Source: Candidatus Heimdallarchaeota archaeon (GTDB lineage: Archaea; Asgardarchaeota; Heimdallarchaeia; Heimdallarchaeales; Heimdallarchaeaceae). From it: DNA of 34,777 nt. The notes under the pieces are model-generated. The model did not search any database, was not told the origin of the DNA, and worked only from the letters and a program-made list of their open reading frames with translations. The stretch spans positions 1-34,777 of the forward strand of contig JAAFKI010000091.1 of the NCBI GenBank assembly GCA_021399345.1, read 5' to 3'. The translations under genes were made by a program, and so were the position numbers. Below are positions 17,793 to 25,810 of the stretch, in pieces; positions within the stretch are counted from its first letter, which is position 1, and each line of letters opens with the position of its first letter.

Positions 17793-18548
17793 GTGAAAAA
17801 AATCCCATTTACGGAAAAAGATGTCAATGACATTGTCCAAATAATCAATGAATCTAAATACGTAGTAGCTTTTACTGGTGCTGGAATAAGTACTGAATCT
17901 GGTTTAGCTGATTTCAGAGGTAAAGATGGTATCTGGACAAGAAAAGAAAAGGGACTACCACCTAAAAGAGGAAAACATTTTGATGAAGTTAAACCGAATG
18001 CTGGACATCTTGCTCTAGTTGCTTTGCAGGAAATGGGAGTGCTCAGATTCTTAATTTCTCAAAATGTAGATAATCTTCATATTAAATCTGGCATTAAACC
18101 TGAATTGATAGCCGAACTTCACGGGAACTATATGTTTATGAAATGTATAGAATGTGATACTCGATATAAGCGGGAAGAAGTTGGTTGGGATCGAGAAATT
18201 CATGGAAGAGGTTTTAGAGCAGAGAAACAACTTGATCATCAACCAGTATGTCCAAATTGCAATGGTAGAATAATTTCTTCTGTTATTAACTTTAATGATC
18301 CCATGCCTGAAAAAGAAATGGTAATATCAAAGAAACACACTCTGAAGTGTGATTTAATGTTGGTTGTAGGATCAAGTTTATCAGTTTTTCCAGCTGCTGG
18401 GTTGCCTAGAAAAGCACAAAAGAATGGAGTCAAGTTAATTATTATTAATATAGACCCAACACCTTTGGATGAAAAAGCTGATATCAAGCTTGAGGTTAGT
18501 GCTGGTGAAATTTTATCAGAAGTAGTAGCAAAACTAATAGAAAACTAG
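17793..18548 (+). CDS. Sirtuin (NAD-dependent protein deacylase), class IV / SIRT6-like
   Basis: GAGISTESGLADFRG, SQNVDNLH, ELHGN, CIEC...CPNC, VGSSLSVFPA and IIN motifs. Confidence 0.93.
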   Translation: MKKIPFTEKDVNDIVQIINESKYVVAFTGAGISTESGLADFRGKDGIWTRKEKGLPPKRGKHFDEVKPNAGHLALVALQEMGVLRFLISQNVDNLHIKSGIKPELIAELHGNYMFMKCIECDTRYKREEVGWDREIHGRGFRAEKQLDHQPVCPNCNGRIISSVINFNDPMPEKEMVISKKHTLKCDLMLVVGSSLSVFPAAGLPRKAQKNGVKLIIINIDPTPLDEKADIKLEVSAGEILSEVVAKLIEN

Positions 18549-18607
18549 CAATATAGAACTATTAAGACTGATTAATTTTTTAAACTAGCTAAAAGAAGTA
18601 AATCTTT

Positions 18608-20626
18608 ATGACAAATATTAGAGATACTATCAAGAAATTCTATTCCGAGTTAATAATGTTTGCAATTTTGTTCTTATTCTTCTTTCAAGCGCTTTCTGAT
18701 TTACTTGAAACAATTTATGGTTTTGCTCTCTTAAACCAAGAACCTGATGAAAACATTCTTGGATTGGTGTTTCTTGTTACTCCTGTTGTGCTTTTATTCT
18801 TCCGTAAAAGGCTTTCAGATATGATTTTAGTTATACTTGGAGAACTGATGATTTTATCAAGATTACTAGATCCCTTACTAAAAAGACAAGGAATATTAGT
18901 TACTTCAGGTTTAGCAGTTGGATGTTTCTTAGTTTTCTTTCCAATTTATTTAACAAGGATGAAAAATGAAGAGAAAAGAACGAGTACCACTCTCGGATTA
19001 TCGCTAGCAATTGCTGTTACACTATCCATTTTGCTTAGATCTTTAAATTCCTCTATTGACATCTCGATGTATAGCTGGTATCAAGTGATTGGCTGGATTT
19101 TCGGCATTATTGCAGGAATTATGCTATTTGGGATGAAATTCAAAAGTGAAGGACAGAAGGAAACTCAAGAAGAAATAAAAGAGTCTTCAAAAGGAAGCGG
19201 TTTTGGTAAAATCCTTGCACTGACTTCTGGACTTGTGAGCGTTTTCATCATTATTTGGTTTACTTTTGCAAGTCCTACGGTCATTTCTAGATGGACCGAG
19301 GGGAATTATATTGGAATAACTCTAGGCATTCTCGGAGTCTTATCTTTGTTTGTAATAGGACAAATGCTTAAACCAGATCTGTTAAGCAAATTGAGAACAT
19401 GGATGCTTTGGGTTTGGAATGGTGTATTCGCTATGTCTCTTTTCCTAACGGTTCTTGTTCATCAACTGAGCTTTCCTGATGAATCAGCTTTATATCCTAT
19501 AGTTGCTCCACAAACTGCTTGGTACCATCATATACCACTAGCTATAATGATTCTTCTATCACCAATAATCTATGTTGATTTTATGCTCCTAACAAGAGAA
19601 ATAATCAAGATAAAACCCTCCACTAGAAAAATGGGTGGTAGTTTCGCATTAGCTGGTAGTCTCTATATCATTGTAATGATCTTTGTTCAAATATTACCCA
19701 ATATTTGGGGTTACCTTGAACCGATAAGTACAGGATTTAGAGATAAGTATTGGCTAGCTTTCTTCTTACCCGGGCTAGTATTGACTTTATCCATATTACT
19801 AGTTAAGAAAAGTTCGTTTGATTTAGGTAAACTATATACAAATAAAAGAAGAAATATAAGCGTAATAGTACTGCTCAGTACAATTTTCCTAGGAACATTA
19901 GTAGGTACTCTTGTAACTAAACCTTATCCAAACTATACACCAGATGGAGAGCTGGTTATAATGACATTCAATATTCAACAAGGAAGAAATGTTTCAGGAG
20001 ATAGGAATTTTGATGGCCAAATTGCGCTAATAAAACAAGTTGATCCTGATATACTTGGATTAATAGAATGTGACCCTACAAGAATTTCTGGAGGAAATCT
20101 AGATGTCGTTAGGTATTTCGCAGAAAAACTAAATATGTATTCATATTATGGTCCAAATACTGTTACTAACACGTATGGCTGTGCAATTCTTTCTAAATTC
20201 CCCATATCAAATGCAATGTCATTCTTCATGTTCAGTGATGAAGAACAAATAGGTTCAGCTCAAGCTGAAGTAACTTTAGATTCAATCATTTACAATGTTT
20301 TTGTTAATCATCCCTCTGGCGATGCAACAAGTACAACAATTCTCCAACAAGAAGAAATGTTGACAAGAGTAAATGGATTAAGCAACGTTATTTTTATGGG
20401 TGATTTTAATTTCAGAAAAGATTCTGTACAATATAGCTTAACTACAGCAGTACTCAATGACAGCTGGTATCTTAAATGGCCTTCTGGATTGGATGATAAT
20501 TCATTCAATAGTTCAGATAGAATTGACCATATTTTTGTTAGCTCAGGAACAACTGTTTTAGATGCGAGATATATCTTAACAGAACAATCTGACCATCCTG
20601 CATATTGGATTAGAATCTCACTCTAA
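18608..20626 (+). CDS. Polytopic membrane protein with C-terminal EEP domain (CWH43/PGAP2IP-like)
   Basis: About 12 TMs followed by MTFNIQQG, DILGLIE, GCAILSKFPI, MGDFN, RIDHIF and SDHP. Confidence 0.88.
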   Translation: MTNIRDTIKKFYSELIMFAILFLFFFQALSDLLETIYGFALLNQEPDENILGLVFLVTPVVLLFFRKRLSDMILVILGELMILSRLLDPLLKRQGILVTSGLAVGCFLVFFPIYLTRMKNEEKRTSTTLGLSLAIAVTLSILLRSLNSSIDISMYSWYQVIGWIFGIIAGIMLFGMKFKSEGQKETQEEIKESSKGSGFGKILALTSGLVSVFIIIWFTFASPTVISRWTEGNYIGITLGILGVLSLFVIGQMLKPDLLSKLRTWMLWVWNGVFAMSLFLTVLVHQLSFPDESALYPIVAPQTAWYHHIPLAIMILLSPIIYVDFMLLTREIIKIKPSTRKMGGSFALAGSLYIIVMIFVQILPNIWGYLEPISTGFRDKYWLAFFLPGLVLTLSILLVKKSSFDLGKLYTNKRRNISVIVLLSTIFLGTLVGTLVTKPYPNYTPDGELVIMTFNIQQGRNVSGDRNFDGQIALIKQVDPDILGLIECDPTRISGGNLDVVRYFAEKLNMYSYYGPNTVTNTYGCAILSKFPISNAMSFFMFSDEEQIGSAQAEVTLDSIIYNVFVNHPSGDATSTTILQQEEMLTRVNGLSNVIFMGDFNFRKDSVQYSLTTAVLNDSWYLKWPSGLDDNSFNSSDRIDHIFVSSGTTVLDARYILTEQSDHPAYWIRISL

Positions 20627-20703
20627 TCATCTTCTTCCTTCTTTTTTCTTTTACTAGGAATATATAAATAATATAGTGAGCTGTTTACTTCTTGGGGTTC
20701 AAA

Positions 20704-21669
20704 ATGAAATCCAAGTCTAAAAGTAGAAGTTTTATTGTTATAATTTTAATAACTACTATTTTCTTATTATCATCATTTTCAAGCATTAATGGATATGATT
20801 TATCTGCACCTATTATAGCTGATCATTCAATTGCGAACATGGTTAGGTTAGATGAAATGCCTGATTCAGCAATTATTACCGCTAAAAACACTTTGCATAT
20901 AGCTTATCAACATACAAGTCATGGATCTCAGATAATAGATGGGATGAATGCATTACCAGCATTCAAAGAAAGTAATGGTGGAACAACAGATCTTTATGAT
21001 TATAATAGTTCATTTCTTCACGATGGAGCAATGTCTTCAGTTCCAGATGTGGGGTATCCTGGATGGGATAATGCAACTAGAGATTACTTAGATAATCCTG
21101 CTAATAGTGATTGTAATGTGATAATGTGGAGCTGGTGTGGACAAGCTAGTTCTCAAACAGAACAGACCATGATAGATCATTATTTAGATCCAATGAATCA
21201 ATTGGAAATAGAGTATCCTGATGTAATGTTTGTCTACATGACTGGTCATACTGATGGTACAGGATTAGATGGAAATTTACATCTAAGAAATGAGCAAATT
21301 AGAGATTTTTGTATCTCAAATAATAAGATTCTTTTTGATTTTGCTGATATTGAATCTTATGATCCTGATTGTAATTATTTTGGAGATAAAAATGTTAATG
21401 ACAATTGTGATTGGAATAATGGCACCCATTCCGGAAACTGGGCTTTAGATTGGCAAGCAACTCATACAGAAGGTGTTGATTGGTTTAGTTGTAATTGTGC
21501 TCATAGTCAGGCACTGAATGGAAATATGAAGGCTTATGCAATCTGGTGGTTATGGGCAAAATTAGCTGGTTGGGAGTTCACAGTTTCAGAAAGTTTTGTA
21601 GCTCTTCCAATAATTTTTCTCACAGTTTGTTCATTTTCCATAGTAATTGTCTCTAGAAGAAGGAGATAA
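20704..21669 (+). CDS. Secreted, C-terminally anchored protein (possible SGNH-like fold)
   Basis: Signal peptide from ATG at 20704. HTSHGSQI, WSWCGQ, RNEQIRDFC, LFDFADIES and CAHS segments. Ends VSESF-TM-RRRR. Confidence 0.8.
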   Translation: MKSKSKSRSFIVIILITTIFLLSSFSSINGYDLSAPIIADHSIANMVRLDEMPDSAIITAKNTLHIAYQHTSHGSQIIDGMNALPAFKESNGGTTDLYDYNSSFLHDGAMSSVPDVGYPGWDNATRDYLDNPANSDCNVIMWSWCGQASSQTEQTMIDHYLDPMNQLEIEYPDVMFVYMTGHTDGTGLDGNLHLRNEQIRDFCISNNKILFDFADIESYDPDCNYFGDKNVNDNCDWNNGTHSGNWALDWQATHTEGVDWFSCNCAHSQALNGNMKAYAIWWLWAKLAGWEFTVSESFVALPIIFLTVCSFSIVIVSRRRR

Positions 21670-21759
21670 GCTTTTTTCTACTCAAACCATCAATCTTTTT
21701 TATTCTAGTTAATTTAGGTTAGAAAAATTGTTTCTAGTTAAGGATTTGAATTAGAAAGA

Positions 21760-22116
21760 TTAGTATTCTTCCCCAATATCATCAGTAATTTTGTCATTTT
21801 CATAATCTTCAATATCTAGATGATTAACACCCAATTTCCTCATTGCTTGAATAAGTTCTGCTTCAGTTAGATCTTCAGCTGGTCTACCATAATAGTCTTC
21901 AATACGAGCTACATCCTCTTGATGAAACTTGTAATTATGTCTGCTATTTGCAAGAGCAAAAATTATCATAGAGCCAAAAATGAATCTTCTTGATTTTCTA
22001 ATCATTCTTCTTTGTCGTCGAAATATTCTTCTTTGACGTCGAACCATCCCTCTTCTAAGTGGTCTTCTCAATGGACCCCTTAATGGTCTACGCATAGGTC
22101 TTCTTCTTCGAGCCAT
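21760..22116 (-). CDS. Hypothetical protein with arginine-rich N-terminus
   Basis: 22 Arg in the first 44 aa, a short hydrophobic stretch and an acidic helical C-terminal half. Occupies a clean gap with an upstream TTTTTATATA box. Confidence 0.75.
   Translation of the reverse strand: MARRRRPMRRPLRGPLRRPLRRGMVRRQRRIFRRQRRMIRKSRRFIFGSMIIFALANSRHNYKFHQEDVARIEDYYGRPAEDLTEAELIQAMRKLGVNHLDIEDYENDKITDDIGEEY
22004..22043 (+). repeat. Tandem 19-bp direct repeat with 21-bp period inside the Arg-rich gene
   Basis: ATTCTTCTTTGTCGTCGAA (22004-22022) and ATTCTTCTTTGACGTCGAA (22025-22043) are 18/19 identical and encode the two RRQRR units. Confidence 0.7.
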
Positions 22117-22223
22117 AGTATTTTCACAAAGAAAGATAGCAATTTCTTATATAAAAACACTGGGAAATCAAAATCATATTTAGTTGGAAATTTATTTAAT
22201 ACTCCCAACAAAACTTTTTATGA

Positions 22224-23813
22224 ATGATTCAATATGATAATTTGATGATTCCAATACCTGCAAATCTGAAACTCAAAGATGGTAAATTTGTTCTCAGCAA
22301 AAATACCAAAATTCACTCAACTAAATCAGTTGCGAATCTAAAAAACTATTTCATATCATATTTCTCAGAGAATTTTGGAGTAACAATAGAATCATCCAAA
22401 GAGTATTTAATAGAGAATTCAATAAACCTTAAGCTTGATGACTCTCTCTCTAAGCTAGGATTAGAAGGATATGAACTCATAATAACTGATAAACACATAG
22501 ATGTTCGTTCATCTGGAGAAGCAGGTATTTTTTATGGAATTCAAACAATAAAACAATTGCTACCTCGAGATGGGGATAAATCTGCTTTAAATCAAGAATA
22601 TAATGGGGCAATTCCATGTTTAATCATCGAGGATTTTCCGCGCTTTAATTGGCGAGGTTTCATGTTTGATGTTGGAAGACATTTTCACAGCTTAGACACA
22701 ATTAAACGGGTCTTAGATTTAATTTCCCTTTTGAAAATGAATGTGTTTCATTGGCATTTAACAGAAGATCAAGGATGGAGAATTGAAATCAAGAAATACC
22801 CCCAACTTACAGAAATAGGTTCAAAAAGAAAAGATTCAAAAGTTGGTGGTTGGACAAGTAAGAAATACCGTGGAAAACCACATGAAGGATTCTATTCTCA
22901 AGAACAAGTTAAAGAGATAGTTCAATACGCAAAAGAGAGATTCATAACAATTGTTCCAGAAATAGAAATGCCTGGCCATTCTTCAGCTGCAATCGCTTCC
23001 TATCCTGAAGTAAGTTGCAAAAACAAGAATATTGATGTACCAATAAAGTTTGGAATTTTTTCAGATGTGTTTTGTCCAGGAAAAGAGATTACATTTGAGT
23101 TTTTAATAAATATTCTAGATGAAATACTAGATTTGTTTCCTTCAGAGATTATACACATCGGCGGAGATGAGGTTCCAAAGAAAAACTGGAAGAGTTGTAT
23201 CGATTGTAAAAGGCGAATGGAAGAAGAAGGTTTGGAAAAGCACAAAGAGCTACATTCCTATTTTACAGAAAGAATAAGTGATTATCTAAAATCTAGAGGA
23301 AGGAGAACAATTGGGTGGAATGAGATTTTGGATGAAAAAACAGATGTTGGTGTAATCGGACAATTTTGGGCTCCAACAGGTAAGAAACAAGTACTTAAAC
23401 ATATCAGAAAAGGTGGAGAAATTGTTGTCTCGAGTTTCTTTCATTATTATCTCGATTATAATTACTTCGTAACACCTCTTAGAAAAACATACAACTTTGA
23501 TCCTATTCCTAAAGGATTGAAAAAGGAGCATTATGATCGAATTATGGGGGTGGAAGCACCTATCTGGACCGAGTGGGTTCCTAATACAGATAGACTCTAT
23601 TGGCAGGTTTTTCCAAGACTAGCAGCCGTAGCTGAAACAGCTTGGACTTTAGATCAGAATAAGAATTATCGCTCTTTTGTCAATAGATTAGGTAAATTCA
23701 ATCAAATTCTAGATTCTATGGATGTCAAATATGCTTCACTAGATGAAGTAAACCCAAAAAGTGTAAAGCGGTTCATTAACCTCAGAAGAGCTCTTAAGTG
23801 GCCTGAAGTTTAG
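22224..23813 (+). CDS. Beta-N-acetylhexosaminidase, GH20
   Basis: RGFMFDVGRHF, FHWHLTEDQGWR, PEIEMPGH, HIGGDE, YYLDY, IWTEW and FPRLAAVAE. No signal peptide. Confidence 0.95.
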   Translation: MIQYDNLMIPIPANLKLKDGKFVLSKNTKIHSTKSVANLKNYFISYFSENFGVTIESSKEYLIENSINLKLDDSLSKLGLEGYELIITDKHIDVRSSGEAGIFYGIQTIKQLLPRDGDKSALNQEYNGAIPCLIIEDFPRFNWRGFMFDVGRHFHSLDTIKRVLDLISLLKMNVFHWHLTEDQGWRIEIKKYPQLTEIGSKRKDSKVGGWTSKKYRGKPHEGFYSQEQVKEIVQYAKERFITIVPEIEMPGHSSAAIASYPEVSCKNKNIDVPIKFGIFSDVFCPGKEITFEFLINILDEILDLFPSEIIHIGGDEVPKKNWKSCIDCKRRMEEEGLEKHKELHSYFTERISDYLKSRGRRTIGWNEILDEKTDVGVIGQFWAPTGKKQVLKHIRKGGEIVVSSFFHYYLDYNYFVTPLRKTYNFDPIPKGLKKEHYDRIMGVEAPIWTEWVPNTDRLYWQVFPRLAAVAETAWTLDQNKNYRSFVNRLGKFNQILDSMDVKYASLDEVNPKSVKRFINLRRALKWPEV

Positions 23814-24382
23814 ATATATTTATTCTTATTCTCATTCCACCAATCTAGCCATCCTTGCCGTAATTCATCTCTTTGAGCCACTGAAACTCCTCCCACAAAT
23901 TCCCAAAAAGGATTGTTAAACATTCTTCTTAATAGAACGATTTGGCCTGTATGCCCCATTAGATGTAAGGAAATTCTGTGAATCAAATCTGATAACTTCT
24001 CACTAGCATCCTCATGTGGTTTATTGTCAAACTCTTTGACTGAAAGTTTCTCAAGTATTTGAAAATAATTTGAAGATATTTCTATGTAGTTATCTAACAA
24101 TTTCTGAAATGAAAAAGGATATTCTACAATTTGCTCTTTTGATACTCCATATGCATAGTACTCTCTTTCTTCCAGAGACAGAATTCTTTCACCAGTATGA
24201 TATGCTAAATAGTAGTCCATGTGCGTAACACAATGTCCTACAATCCATGCTATATGATTTACATCCTTTTGTATTTGCTTGATAATAATACTTGCTTCTA
24301 CATTTTTTAGTGACATCAGAAAATTTATGTCAACAATTTTTAATTCTTTTATTAGAGAATCTATAGGTTTCACATATATCAA
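23810..24382 (-). CDS. DinB family protein
   Basis: NHIAWIVGHC and HLMGHTGQI metal-binding His pattern. Confidence 0.82.
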   Translation of the reverse strand: MIYVKPIDSLIKELKIVDINFLMSLKNVEASIIIKQIQKDVNHIAWIVGHCVTHMDYYLAYHTGERILSLEEREYYAYGVSKEQIVEYPFSFQKLLDNYIEISSNYFQILEKLSVKEFDNKPHEDASEKLSDLIHRISLHLMGHTGQIVLLRRMFNNPFWEFVGGVSVAQRDELRQGWLDWWNENKNKYI

Positions 24383-24482
24383 TCCTAAGAAAACAAGAAT
24401 CTTAATTAATTTTTTTGTTTGTTTCTCCTAATGTCCTTTACTATCTCAATCTGTGCAAATCTTCAGGAATTAATTAGTTTAA

Positions 24483-25583
24483 TTATCTCCAATCAAAATA
24501 GAATGATTCAATTTCTTCAGGAATTGGTACATTTTTCAAATTGAAGAGATCTAAGTTGATTTTCTTACTGAAGAAGAAGAATTTTGCTTTTTTCAAAGGC
24601 TTCATATCAAAATAGGGTATATATGGAGTTTGTAAACCGTACCATCCACGTTCTTTGGATGTTTGACACAAATAATTTGCTAAATTACTAGCTTCTTCAT
24701 TGTTCAGCCGATGTATATGAATCATATCTAACCAACCAAAAAGAATTTTATTTCTGAAACCAGCAAGATAAAATTCCCAGGCTAGCATAAATCCTTTGGT
24801 TTTGCCCTCATTATCTTCATGAACAACGCAATTAACATTAGGATTCTTGAGTATCCATTTGAAATCCTCCAGCTCTGGAACTATTGCTAATTGATTTCGT
24901 TTCACTTGCTCTTGAATGATTTCAAACATATCCAATATATCTTTCTCCTGATATTGTCTGATTTGGTCGGATTTGATAGTTTTGATTTTTTCATAGAATT
25001 TGAACACTAGCTTTTCGTACCATCTTAGTTTAACCACAGTAGCAACTTTATCTACATCAAAAGCTTTGATTACAAATTTAGTTAGAGTAACTACTCTTTG
25101 AAAGGGAATGTTATTCTCTCTGGATACTGAATTAGAAACATCTATTCCATGTTGCTCAGGTTCATGAAGAGAAAATCCCCCGTCATAATCATTGGCTATG
25201 CCAATTTCAAATAACTTCTTCCCCATACCTTTAGCTAAACCTTTTTTCTGATGTTGAGAATGAACACATAACCATGAAGGTATTGCAAATTTGTAAACTT
25301 TACCCATAATAGAAAGATTTCGAGGAATAGAGCCTAAGAAACCTACAAATTGTCCTGTGGGTTTGTGGATAGCTCTAACGAAAAGGTCCTTATCAATGGA
25401 AGGAGCTCCATACACTATGTTAAACGTTTCCTTTGAAAATGCAATAGATGCCCCTTCTACTAATGCATTTTCATCATTTATGAAGACTTGAGTGATTAGC
25501 TTCGAAAACTCATCAAATCTTTCTCTTTCAATTGAGAATTGTTCAATTAAGTATTCTCCATGATCTGTATTTTTCAAAAGCAT
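24483..25583 (-). CDS. Tandem-GNAT acyltransferase (N-myristoyltransferase-like)
   Basis: GNAT motif A WLCVHSQHQKKGLA. A second GNAT-like half starts at IRQYQEKDI. Confidence 0.8.
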   Translation of the reverse strand: MLLKNTDHGEYLIEQFSIERERFDEFSKLITQVFINDENALVEGASIAFSKETFNIVYGAPSIDKDLFVRAIHKPTGQFVGFLGSIPRNLSIMGKVYKFAIPSWLCVHSQHQKKGLAKGMGKKLFEIGIANDYDGGFSLHEPEQHGIDVSNSVSRENNIPFQRVVTLTKFVIKAFDVDKVATVVKLRWYEKLVFKFYEKIKTIKSDQIRQYQEKDILDMFEIIQEQVKRNQLAIVPELEDFKWILKNPNVNCVVHEDNEGKTKGFMLAWEFYLAGFRNKILFGWLDMIHIHRLNNEEASNLANYLCQTSKERGWYGLQTPYIPYFDMKPLKKAKFFFFSKKINLDLFNLKNVPIPEEIESFYFDWR

Positions 25584-25810
25584 AGCTCCATTTTGTGATA
25601 TTTAATATTCTTCCCAGAACCTATAGCCATATATAAAGATTTCATCGAAAAAACAATCTAGGAAGCAAAAAAAATGACCTTTTTGTTAATTATACTGGCC
25701 AAGCGTATTGTTTAGCAAAAGCATAAAAAAAATCTTTATGTAAATGCTTTCAAAGAAACTGGAATTTATTTTATCCTTTACAAAAGTTAATAATTTGTTA
25801 TTCTTCTTTA

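Noticed and set aside
16539-18548. MTase plus Sir2 as an anti-phage defence island
   Set aside because: The sirtuin has the zinc module and motifs of a protein deacylase rather than a SIR2-type NADase, and no nuclease or defence partner is adjacent.
25574-25630. 18-codon upstream ORF overlapping the NMT-like start
   Set aside because: Too short, its ATG is immediately adjacent to the TATA-like box so it is unlikely to be transcribed, and the main gene has its own GGAG.
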